Positions 21,201 through 30,943 of a DNA stretch of 64,000 nt are shown here, piece by piece. Source of the DNA: Phyllobates terribilis (lineage: Eukaryota); assembly GCF_046119375.1 (NCBI RefSeq), contig NW_027362761.1, positions 993,364,001-993,428,000 on the forward strand. The letters are read 5' to 3'. The position numbers and the translations under genes were made by a program. The notes below the pieces were generated by a model, which worked only from the letters and a program-made list of their open reading frames with translations, was not told where the DNA came from and ran no database searches. The number at the start of each line of letters is the position of its first letter. Position 1 is the first letter of the stretch.

Positions 21201-23375
21201 CCGGTAATCTACACACATCCTCATGGTGTTGTCTTTTTTTCTGACTAAGACTAGTGGAGCTGCCCAGGGGCTACAGCTATCCCTGATCACCCCAGCCTCC
21301 TTCATGTCTCTAAGCATCCCCTTGGCGTGTTGGTAGTGGGCAGGGGGTACGGGTCGATACCTCTCTTTTATAGGAGGATGGTCTCCCGTGGGGATGTGGT
21401 GTTCTACCCCCTTGACTCGCCCGAAGTCTAACGGGTGTTTACTGAACACTCTCTCGTACTCTTGAACCACCCGATAGACTCCTTGTTTCTGGTGTGCGGG
21501 AGTGGAGTCAGTACCCAGATGTAGTTGCTGACACCAGTCCTCCATGTTTTTCTTAGAGCCGTTACCTTCCTCCGGGTGAGATGGAGGCAAGGGTTCCACA
21601 GATTGTATAGAATTTTGGTTAATGGTATATAATTTGGCTAGCGTGGCATACCGGGGCAGGTACACTTCCCTCTCCCCGATATTTATTATGCGAACGGGCA
21701 CCCTCCCATGGCGTACATCAACCACCCCCCGTGCTGTCAAAATGGTGGGCCTACTGTCCGAGTAAACTGGTTCTACCATTGCCTGGTAATCCCTACCTCT
21801 CAGACCAATAGCTGCCCGGCACCAAATCATCATTTCACTTTTTGGGGGCATGGCAATAGGAAAAGGGTCACACATTCTTACGCTACCAATCTCACCGCCG
21901 GAGAGTTCCACCTGTTGCCGTCGCATCAGTGCCCGGATCTCTTTCTGGAACACCCGCTGCTCGCCGGAGCTGGCGTTCTTGGCAACCTGCTGTAAAAGGA
22001 AAATCACCTCTGCAAGACAATTTTCAATTACATTAGTTCCTAGCGTTATCTTTGGGTGACTCTCGTGTTTGTCAATGTCTACAATAATCAGTCCCTGTGC
22101 TGCTAGTTCGACTCTACCAATTTTCTTGGTCGCCTCTTTAAATCCGATCTGTGGCACGGGCTGACCATTGCTGGCGATGATACTCAAGTCGTCGTCAGGG
22201 TAGCGGGTTATATCCGAGTCATTCCAGTACTGCTTGAAGAGCACGTACGGGATGGTGGTGACCTGTGACCCGGTGTCCAGTAGGGCACTCATAGGGATGC
22301 CATCCAGTACCACAGGCAAGACTGGACGTCCTCCGACATATTTGTCGCGCCAGTTCGATGGGCCTGGTGATCTTTTTCCTGGGGGTTGGCCCTCTACCCC
22401 CAGGTTGTGGCAGTTTAAAGGACAGTACCTTGCCATATGTCCGGGTTGATTGCAGCGGCGGCAGATGGGTCGTCCGTCCTCGTTGTACCGGTCACTGGGT
22501 CTTCCTCTGGCCGGTGGGGTCCTCCTTGGTCGACGCCACGGGATGTTCTCCGGTCCGGATGCCAGCTGGATCTTCCCTGGAGTGGAAGCCTGTAAAGACT
22601 GCACAGTTCGGGTTAACGCATCAACGCTTTTAGCTAGCTCTTGGACCTGATGGTGCAGGTCTGGAGCCGGGTCATTGTTCAAAGCCTGCGCATCAGCCCC
22701 TACAGGCCCTGCCGACAAGGGCGCCGCCTCCGGGTGGTAAGTGATAGCTGGGCGCCTGTGGGTCACAACGCCATCCGGTGCCGGTTCTCGGAGCACCCGG
22801 ATGGCTCTGTCCTTGAACTGTGCAAATCCCAGATGAGGGTCCTGTAGGGCCATTGCCCGCAACTGGGTTCGGTGGGCATTGCAATATAAGCCCTCTATAA
22901 ATTGTTCAGTCAACAGCCTGTCCTCGTCTCCCACGCCGTCAGGGTCGGTCTGCTTAACGGCTCTCAGGGCCTCTTGTAGGTTCAGGGCATAGTCCCTTAT
23001 ACTCTCATGTGCCCGCTGTTTGCACCCGTAGAATCTGAGCTTGATCTCGGCTGAGGTGCGGGTATCAAAGGTGTCCCTCAGCCGGGTTAGTATCCCTGCG
23101 ACAGTCCTCCCCCCAGGTGGCCAGGACTTTACCTCCCTTCGGGCTGCTCCGGTTAATTGGGCCACCAGGATGCTCACTTTTTGCTCTTCTGTGAGGGGGT
23201 ACACCTGGAAGAGGCTATCCAGCCTTTCTCTAAAGTCCTGCAGGGTATGTGACTCCCCTGAGTACTGGGGTAGCCAGGCTGCCCCCGGGATATAGGGCAT
23301 GGTGAAAGGCATGACCGCGACAGCGGTGGCGCTGGCGGGGGTTGAAGCGGTGAAGCTCTCCTCCGTATCCGACAT
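18282..23375 (-). CDS. Gag-Pol polyprotein (capsid, CCHC, protease, RT, RNase H, integrase), 1697 aa
   Basis: CRRCNQPGHMARYC, LLDTGS, YLDD, LYTDAS...TDNNPL, H..H/C..C, and integrase D-D-E (ALDH / TDQG / LCEK), all in one uninterrupted frame. Confidence 0.96.
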   Translation of the reverse strand: MSDTEESFTASTPASATAVAVMPFTMPYIPGAAWLPQYSGESHTLQDFRERLDSLFQVYPLTEEQKVSILVAQLTGAARREVKSWPPGGRTVAGILTRLRDTFDTRTSAEIKLRFYGCKQRAHESIRDYALNLQEALRAVKQTDPDGVGDEDRLLTEQFIEGLYCNAHRTQLRAMALQDPHLGFAQFKDRAIRVLREPAPDGVVTHRRPAITYHPEAAPLSAGPVGADAQALNNDPAPDLHHQVQELAKSVDALTRTVQSLQASTPGKIQLASGPENIPWRRPRRTPPARGRPSDRYNEDGRPICRRCNQPGHMARYCPLNCHNLGVEGQPPGKRSPGPSNWRDKYVGGRPVLPVVLDGIPMSALLDTGSQVTTIPYVLFKQYWNDSDITRYPDDDLSIIASNGQPVPQIGFKEATKKIGRVELAAQGLIIVDIDKHESHPKITLGTNVIENCLAEVIFLLQQVAKNASSGEQRVFQKEIRALMRRQQVELSGGEIGSVRMCDPFPIAMPPKSEMMIWCRAAIGLRGRDYQAMVEPVYSDSRPTILTARGVVDVRHGRVPVRIINIGEREVYLPRYATLAKLYTINQNSIQSVEPLPPSHPEEGNGSKKNMEDWCQQLHLGTDSTPAHQKQGVYRVVQEYERVFSKHPLDFGRVKGVEHHIPTGDHPPIKERYRPVPPAHYQHAKGMLRDMKEAGVIRDSCSPWAAPLVLVRKKDNTMRMCVDYRKINRITHKDAYPLPRIEESLAALRSANFFSTLDLTSGYWQVPVAEADREKTAFTTPMGLSEFTCMPFGLCNAPGTFQRLMECCLGHRNFETVLLYLDDVIVYSKTYEDHLKHLAEVFEALASYGLKVKPSKCHLLKPKVQYLGHVVSADGVAPDPDKITAIKEWPSPSSVKEVRQFLGLVGYYRRFIPGFTKKAAPMQDLLIGQSRKAKNQKPPFKWEELEEESFRQLKMALTGDEILAYPDYSQPFILYTDASNIGLGAVLSQIQQGKERVIAYASRKLRPTERNPENYSSFKLEFLAVVWAVTERFKHYLASSRFTVYTDNNPLTHLDTARLGALEQRWMARLSNYKFTIKYRAGRSNTNADALSRMPNLPDEGEDLEGLEEVELPAFHRHGTIQYSHRVRSKQAATLNPLPHYNWAETQDSDPAVRLVKEMLTRPEACLEPDAPEEAKQLWAEKSRLFLYKGKLCRRMVNSRTHELIWQVVVPRRDAAMVMEAYHDGAIHFGWKKLEFLLRERFHWVGMRGTIERWCRDCGPCNLRRKDRASQKTPLQSIVTRQPLELVALDHVKLTPSRSGYVYALTIVDHYSRFLVVVPVKDLTARTAARAFQQHFCRPHGYPDQVLTDQGPAFEAEVFQEFCNLYGCRKIRTTPYHPQTNGLCEKMNQVVMDLLKTLPLEERSLWPEKLPDLVDLYNHIPVGSTNCTPAYLMRARPGKLPVDLEMGVLTPEDTSPEADWDTERQQQYRRVQESVERSLCQARERQEKTYNQYAPAVPLVPGEQVLKRKRRLHKLDDQWEKDPYTVLPSSHENPKVCTISKDGRETTAIVSRDHLKKCPEQLRNPEEEQEDHRPVEEREDMVSTVLGDFPRSWTQVNGAVVVPVLTFLQPASQAPTEQQVELEEQPVQEAEDPTPADQEDQPSACSEPAISLVSQRAGRQLPSLPLTAPTPCSSGLDSQLRRSTRATRGQLPARWRI

Positions 23376-23793
23376 CCTTCTCCCCCCTAGTGGACCGTGG
23401 CCTACCTTGCGATGATCCTCTTCCGTAGGCCGCGGCTCCGCAGTGGATCGTCAGGGTTGAGGACCTTCCGTCGCGCTCCGGTGACGTCGGCGTCTGCTGG
23501 GCTCCTTCCAGGACCTTACGCAACGTCCGGACGTGAGGCGGGGCTTCAGTTCTCGCGGGCTTTTCGGAGTCCACGCCCCTCTTCTTCCCGCGCGGCGTCC
23601 TCAAGATGGCGTCCAACGGCGGGAAAACTCCACGGATGGCGGGAAGAAGGCTGAAGATGGCGCCGGATGGCGGGAATCTTCACAGATGGCGGGAAGAAGG
23701 CTGAAAATGGCGCCGGATGGCGGGAATCTTCTCCACAGGTGAGTTTGAAAGTCTCTTTTTCAGGCACGCAGTACCCGGTGGTTGCGGGCACGA

Positions 23794-23812
23794 AATCCTG
23801 CCGACTACGCCA
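23794..23812 (-). promoter_or_regulatory. Primer-binding site, tRNA-Ser
   Basis: + strand AATCCTGCCGACTACGCCA, 5 nt from the LTR edge. Confidence 0.9.
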
Positions 23813-23817
23813 AAAGG

Positions 23818-24820
23818 TGACGCGCCCCTGGGCCTGCTGTGTCGCGCAACGTCTCGCGCACGGGGGCTTACCCGGAACCGGATCAGATGAGGGTTGTAGT
23901 CTCCGAGTGGCGGGGACCCGGTCCGTGCCCAGGGAGTCAAACTCAGTGTGTGGCAGTCTTGATAGGTGTTATTTGAGTGTCGACTACGCCACCCGTTGAT
24001 TTGCAGCTCTGGAGCTGCCGCTGCAGGGCAGACCGCTGAGGCCGGTGTAGAATTGTGCAGCGTGATAGTATAACCCCCAACGGGAGGGGTATGGCCTCAG
24101 GGCAGCCGACGTGGAAGATGGGGGTAGCAGGAACCACTCAGAGACGGTGCGGTGTAATTCAGGGTCTTTACTGGTAACAACGATAGACCCTCCCGGAGTA
24201 CTTGCTAGCGAACGGGGCCTGGTCAGTCCTTGAGCAGATGGGATCTCCCCTGGCCAGGCGGAGTTGTAGGCCTCCCAAACTGACTGTACTCTTCTGGCTA
24301 CCTTGCTAGAAGCGGATATAAGTAGCCCACGTCCCTGAGTGTGCCGTGTGGTGCTCACCCGTATGGCCGGTGACTCGGGGCCTTCTAATGGCTTCCGCTC
24401 CACGATGGCGGTGCTGGTCCCACGCGTGTGACCTTGCCTTCGGGTTTCTGGGCCTGAGGACCTGAAATCCCCTGCCGGTCGGCTTCTGCTGCTGGGTAAG
24501 CGTTAGTCCCCACAGCCTCGGACGCCGGGTCCGGTAAGAAAGCTTCTCAGTCAGGGCGAGCTCTGCAGCTGCCAGCCCCTGACTCGTAGTAGTATTGCTC
24601 CCACTGAGCTTCTGCTGTTTCTTCCTATGACTGTTTCTTGTCTCTACTCTCCTTGACTCCTAACCCTGCCTCAGCCCCGGGTTTATATAGGGGAAGTTCT
24701 TCCCCTCCCCAGACTGGGCAGGAGGTGTGGCATGCACAGGATCCCTGACCAAAGGACCTCCCACCTGCTCTCAGACATAACATTACATTACTGTGGAAAC
24801 CAGACCCCTGGGGTGCCACA
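23818..24820 (-). repeat. 5' LTR
   Basis: Direct repeat of 16914-17916. TATA-like motif in CCCCTATATAAACCC on the minus strand near 24680. Confidence 0.96.
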
Positions 24821-26549
24821 GTATCACGCCTCATTCCTCTCTTAGTATATACACGACATCTTTTCTGGGGGTTCCTTCTTGTTTCCGTTGCTGGAATAAG
24901 TGCAATAAAATGTCGCTCAGTGAGTCTTTTCACATCCTCAGATTCTAATGGATGAGCGGGGCTAACACTTTGAAAGACAAGATTTTCAATTACCTTTTCT
25001 TGATAATCAAGAAAAGGATCTGAATTTCCTGCTTTTTTGTACAACACAAAAGAATTGTATGTGGCCACCTGAAATAAATAAATAACCAACTTTTTATACC
25101 AGGTATAGGACTTTCTTGATACCTGGTATGGCTGTAGAACCTGGTCTGCAGGGTCCACACCCCCCATGTGTTTGTTGTAGTCAATGACTGACACAGGTTT
25201 TTGCTTCGGAGTGGTGGATCCTAGTTCTACAGTGGCCCTTGTGGCATCTGTGTGGATCGAGCTGAGGACAAAAATATCCCTCTTATCCCTATATTTCAGG
25301 GCAAGCAGCTCTCCGTTGCGTACAGCCCCTGACTGCCCCTTTTGAAACTTTTGGTTGACCAATGGTTGTGGAAACCCCTGACGGTTTTTACGGATGGTCC
25401 CACAAGCCCCGATGTTGTGTTCAACCAGACTTTTAAATAGGGGTATGCTGGTGTAATAATTGTCCACATATAGATTGTAGCCTTTTTGAAAAAATGGACT
25501 TATCAGCTCCCAAACAATTTTTCCAGATGTCCCCAGATAAGTAGGGCATCCTGGTGGGTTTAGTTGGCTATCTTTCCCCTCATATATGCGAAAAGCGGAT
25601 GTGTATCCGGTTGAACTTTCGCACATTTTATAGAGCTTTATTCCAAACCTTGCCCTTTTAGATGGGATAAATTGCTTGAGGTGCAGTCTTCCTTTGAATT
25701 TTACAAGGGACTCGTCTATAGAAATATTTTGTGTTGGGGTGTAGAGGCTTAAGAATTTTTCTGACAAATTTTCAATGATGGGTCTAATTTTATATAACCT
25801 GTCATGTTCTGGGGCATTTCTGGGCAGGCATTGACTATTGTCGTTAAAATGCCAAAACCGCATGAGCATTTCATAACGGGTCCTAGGCAGAATGACTGAA
25901 AACATAGGGGTGGCTTGAACAGGGTGGTTGGACCAGTAGGATCGAATGCTCGGTTTTTTAACAAGCCCCATGGCAAATGTAAGTCCTAAAAATTTTTTTA
26001 TTTCCGGGACATTAGTTGGTGTCCATAAATTTGCCCTAGCATAGTAAGATCGGGGATTCTGGCTTATGAATTGGGATGCGTATAAATTTGTTTGCACGAC
26101 AATATGCTCTAGCAAGCTGTCTGTAAAAAACAAATTAAAAAAATTAATTGGTCCAAAATCTTCCACCTCCACATTTATACCAGGAATGGCGTTGAAATCA
26201 GGGCTGAATGGAGCAGCCGAATCTGAAGCCTCCCATCTGGGAAATGCTAGATCATGTGGCAACGCCCTTGTACACTGGCGTGCGCCAATTCACTAGTAGC
26301 AGGGACAGCGCTTGTACTGGGCAGTGTTCCCTGATTTGGAGACGTTTCTCCAGTAGCGCTATTTGCCCCTATTGCTGTACTGGTCCTTGGGCTTGAGGAT
26401 GGAACAGAATCACTGCTCATTTCTGGGCTCTCAGTGTCGCCGCTACTAAAGCCCTCAAAATCCATATCTCCATCTGAGATTGCGCTGTCATCAGTGTCAG
26501 AACACAGCAGGGCATACACCTCCTCTGCGGTATAAGTCTGACGGGCCAT
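24821..26549 (-). pseudogene. piggyBac transposase (about 605 aa when reconstructed), frameshift near 26260 and Gypsy insertion in the C-terminus
   Basis: Acidic Ser-rich N-terminus (26247..26549) followed by a DDD core in another frame (ORF 26262 downward). The CRD continues at 16913. Confidence 0.9.
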
Positions 26550-26566
26550 TTTATTTTTATATTTTT

Positions 26567-27033
26567 TGACTGGACTGAACGGACCGGACTGAAAGGACGG
26601 GACCGGACTGGACTGACCGGACTGATCTGACAGGACTGACTGACTGATGTGACAGGACTGACTGACTGATCTGACAGGACTGACTTACTGACAGATCTGA
26701 CAGGACTGACTGACAGATCTGACTGACTGACAGATCTGACAGGACTGACTGACTGACAGATCTGACAGGACTGACAGATCTGACAGATCTGACTGACTGA
26801 CAGATCTGACAGGACTGACAGACTGACAGATCTGACAGGACTGACTGACTGACAGATCTGACAGGACTGACTGACTGACAGATCTGACAGGACTGACTGA
26901 CTGACAGATCTGACAGGACTGACTGACTGACAGATCTGACAGGACTGACTGACAGATCTGACAGGACTGACTGACAGATCTGACAGGACTGACTGACTGA
27001 CAGATCTGACAGGACTGACAGATCTGACTGACT
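26567..27033. repeat. Compound GACT/GACA/GATCT microsatellite upstream of the piggyBac ATG
   Basis: Repeats of GACTGACTGACAGATCTGACAG. Confidence 0.92.
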
Positions 27034-27636
27034 CACTAACCCTAACTCTTACTTTCTTTTTTATTTATTTTTTTTTTTACTTTCACAGTGGCAAGGCTGA
27101 CAGCTCTTGTCACACTGTTTCTCCTCTGCTCTCTCACTGAGATCGGAGGAGAAACTGCATTTATCAGGCAGATCGCCCGGGAAAGTTTGTTGCTAAAACA
27201 AACTTCCCTGGTGATCTCTCTGATTGGCTGGTGTGACGCTGACATCATCGAGACCTGAGCCAATCAGGTCTCAATGATGTCAGAGGTCACAGCACCGGGA
27301 TCCCCGCCGCTGACAGGTATGTGGGGGGTCCCGATCTCCGACCACCGGGGGTCCCGATCGCCGACCACCGGCTGTCCCTATCTTTTAAATGCCGCGATCG
27401 CTATGGATCGCGGCATCTAGAAGATAGGAACAGGTTAACATCATGGGGACCTGATCCAATCAGGTCCCCATGATGCCACATGTCAGAGCTATCGCTCTGA
27501 ACCGGTACCGCAGCGCTAGCAGGACCCTGGGGGTCCTGAGCGCTGCGGGACCACTCACCGTTTTTAAACGTTGGCGCTGCACAGAGCCCAGGCAGCGCCG
27601 ACGTTTATGTACAGTGGGCGGTCCTGAACCGGTTAA

Positions 27637-30600
27637 AGGCTGTGAGCTTCGTATGAAGAAAGAAAAAAAAATGGTCAGTCATGCCCGTATTGCCTGTTTA
27701 AATTCCAAGGGTGTATTTTTAGCTGCTTCCACGATTGCTCAGGAAAAATTAATGGAATTTCGGGTGTTTGTTGATTGCGGGTCTACTCTGAATGTAATTG
27801 ATGGGGGATTCTTGGAAAGACTCAATTTAAAACCCGAACCTTTATCATCCCCCATTGCTGTGGTTTCTGTGGATGGTTCCCCTTTGAAGAATATTACTCT
27901 CAAGGTCTGTGAATTTCCTCTCACTATTAATGGTGTTCACCATGAGAAATTGGATTTGGTAGTTTTGAATAACTTGCCTTCTCCAGTAATATTGGGATTG
28001 CCCTGGTTAAAATTTCACAATCCTGTACTGGATTGGTCTACCAATGAAATTAAATCCTGGAGCCATAAATGTTATGACAAGTGTTGTAACGGGCGTATTG
28101 CAGCTGTGGATAGGGGGGAATTACCTGTTCCTATTCAGGATTTTTGGAGAGTTTTTTCTGAGAAGGAATCGCAGGTTTTGCCTCCCCATAAAGACTATGA
28201 TTGTTCTATTGAATTTGTCCCTGGAGCGACTCTTCCTAAAAGTCGTTTATTTAACCTTACTATTCCTGAGAGGAAGGCTTTGGAGGAATACATACAGACA
28301 AGTTTGGCCGCCGGTCACATTAGGCCCTCTAAGTCTCCTGTGGCGGTTGGATTTTTTTTTGTAAAAAAAAAGGACGGCGGTTTACGTCCTTGTCTGGATT
28401 TTCGTGAGATTAACAAAATTACTGTACGCAATCCTTACCCACTGCCATTGATTCCTGATCTGTTTAACCAGTTAATGGGGGCCAAGTGGTTCTCTAAAAT
28501 TGACCTTAAGGGGGCATACAATCTGTTGCGCATGAAGGAGGGTGACGAATGGAAGACTGCTTTTAACACTCCTGTGGGTCATTTTGAGAATCTGGTTATG
28601 CCTTTTGGTCTTACTAATGCTCCTGCATTTTTTCAGAATCTTATTAATGACATCCTTAGACCTTTGATCGGCAAAAATGTGGTTGTGTATTTGGATGACA
28701 TTTTGATTTATTCGCCGGATCTGGAGTCTCATTGGCGGAGCGTACGTGAGGTATTACAGTTATTAATGGACAATTCGCTTTTTGCTAAGCTGGAGAAATG
28801 TGAGTTCGCTGTACAGAGAATTAGTTTTTTGGGCTACATTATCTCCAGCGAAGGTTTTGAGATGGACCCGGTTAAAGTTCAAGCTGTACAGGAATGGCCT
28901 AGGCCTATTGGTTTGAAATCGATACAGAGGTTTTTAGGTTTCGCCAATTATTACAGAAAATTCATAAAAAAAATTTCTAGTATTGTCAAACCTCTGACCG
29001 ATCTCACCAGGAAAGGTGCTGATGCGGTTCAGTGGTCTTCTGAGGCCATTGAAGCTTTTGTGTATCTCAAGGAGAGGTTCACCTCTGCTCCCATCCTTAT
29101 GCAGCCTGATGTGACTAAGCCGTTTTTGGTTGAGGTTGATGCTTCCTCTGTGGGGGTTGGCGCAGTATTGTCTCAGGATAACGGGGATGGATTACATCCC
29201 TGTGCCTTTTTTTCAAAAAAATTTTCGGAGACTGAACTGAATTACGATATTGCTAATCGGGAATTATTGGCTATTAAACTCGCATTTGAACACTGGCGCC
29301 ACTTCTTGGAAGGTGCGGAATTTCCCGTTCAGGTTCTTACGGATCATAAAAATCTGATATATCTTGATGCTGCCAAGCGCCTGAATGCCCGTCAGGCTAG
29401 GTGGGCACTGTTTTTCTCGCGGTTTAATTTCTCCGTTACTTACATCCCTGGTACTAAGAATGTTAAGGCGGATGCCTTGTCTCGCAGTTTTTCTCCCATA
29501 GTCGGTGCTGAGAAAGAGGAGAACATTTTACAAGAAGGTGTTGTGATAGCTGCTTTGGACTCCGTTTTGGAAGATGAGATTCTTAAAGCACAGGAGAATG
29601 CCCCTTCTAACACTCCTCATGGGAGGTTGTTTGTGCCTGGGACCTTTAGGAGAGATTTGTTTGTTGAGTGTCACGAATCTCGGTTGGCAGGTCATCCCGG
29701 AATCTCTGAGACCAAGAGACTGGTGGGTCGCAGTTTTTGGTGGCCTGGATGGCAGAAGGAAGTCATTAAGTGGGTGCGTCAATGTACTATATGTGCTAGA
29801 TCTAAGTCCTCACATACTCCTGCTGCGGGGTTGCTTTGTCCTTTGGAGGTTCCCAGTGCTCCTTGGACACATTTGGCTATGGACTTTATAACTGACCTTC
29901 CCCCCTCTGAGGGTTTTACTGTCATCTGGGTGGTCGTGGACCGTTTTAGCAAGATGTGTCACTTGGTTCCCTTCGTCAAACTGCCCTGCGCTAAAACTCT
30001 CGCTAAGGCCTTTGTCAAGGAAATTGTCAGACTTCATGGCGTTCCTACTGACATTGTTTCTGATAGGGGTCCTCAGTTCGTGGCTCGTTTTTGGCGTGCC
30101 TTTTGTGACAGGTTGGGAGTTCATTTGTCGTTCTCGTCCGGATATCATCCTGAATCTAATGGCCAGACAGAAAGGAAAAACCAGGATGTTGAGCAGTTCT
30201 TGCGTTGTTTTGTGGCAGACAATCAAGAGGGGTGGTCTGAGTTTCTGCCACTTGCTGAATTTGCTCTGAACAATCATACATCTTCTTCTGCTGGTTGTTC
30301 GCCTTTTTTTTGTTGTTCTGGGAGACATCCGTCGTTTGGGTCGTTCTCCAAGTTGGGATCTGCCGTGCCTGAGGAGGAGAATTTTTCCGGTGATTTGGAG
30401 AGAGTTTGGACGGAGGTGCGTGGTAATCTTCAGGAGGCCAACAGAAAATCTAAAGACTACTTTGATAGGAAACGACAGGAGGTTTTGTTCGCTGTTGGTG
30501 ACATGGTTTGGTTGTCCTCTAGGAATCTGCGGTTGAGGATTCCTTCTAAGAAATTGGGTACCAAGTTTGTAGGGCCCTTTAAGGTGCTTCAGGTTGTCAA

Positions 30601-30931
30601 CCAATCTGCTGTTAGGTTGGAGGTTCCTACCTCCTGGAGAATTAATCCGGTATTTCATGTCTCTCTGTTAAAAAAAGCTGTTGTGTCGGATGGTGACGCC
30701 TCTGCCTCTGTTCCTCCGGTGGTGGAGGACGGGGAATATGAAATTTCTCGCATCCTTAACTCTAGACGGTATAGAGGTAGTTTGCAGTATCTTGTGGCCT
30801 GGAAAGGTTTCGGACCAGAGGATAACTCTTGGGTGAGGTCAGATGATGTTTCCGCGTCCAGACTTATCAGAGCGTTTCACAGGAGATTTCCTGATAAGCC
30901 TGGTCCTAGGGGATCCGGAGGATCCTCTTAG
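27637..30931 (+). CDS. Pol of the sushi-like element (protease, RT, RNase H, integrase, GPF, chromodomain), 3' segment of the split ORF
   Basis: FVDCGS, YLDD, EVDASS...TDHKNL, H-H/C-C, MDFI/SDRG/QTER, GPFKV, YEISRIL...YLVAWKGFGPEDNSW. Confidence 0.95.
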
Positions 30932-30943
30932 AAGGGGGGGTAC

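Larger units (their letters stand above)
16914..24820 (-). mobile_element. Full-length, apparently intact Ty3/Gypsy retrotransposon (non-chromoviral, tRNA-Ser primed)
   Basis: 1003-bp LTRs at 16914-17916 and 23818-24820, TSD GTAT (16910-13 and 24821-24), PBS 23794-23812, PPT 17917-17927, single 1697-aa ORF. Confidence 0.97.
15132..27632 (-). mobile_element. piggyBac-family DNA transposon (about 4.6 kb excluding the nested Gypsy)
   Basis: TTAA at 15128-31 and 27633-36, both ends start with CC, and the host gag ORF rejoins exactly across them. PGBD-type transposase with DESL, VDNYY and GGVD motifs. Confidence 0.92.

Noticed and set aside
24625-24820. C-terminal 65 aa of the 545-aa piggyBac ORF
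   Set aside because: Read-through into the Gypsy LTR; the true C-terminus is at 16822-16913.
26557-27036. 159-aa SVLSDL-repeat ORF
   Set aside because: Microsatellite translation.
27470-27636. N-terminal 55 aa of the 1153-aa pol ORF
   Set aside because: Derived from the piggyBac end; the real upstream frame is gag at 14359-15131.
1297-30658. Numerous antisense or alternate-frame ORFs overlapping the gag-pol genes (e.g. 1437..2081, 29810..30658)
   Set aside because: Shadow ORFs of GC-rich coding sequence; not conserved between the two related Gypsy copies.
14359-30931. Domesticated host gene (PEG10/RTL1-like or PGBD-like)
   Set aside because: Intact LTRs, PPT, TSDs and near-identical LTR pairs show these are recent mobile copies, not domesticated genes.
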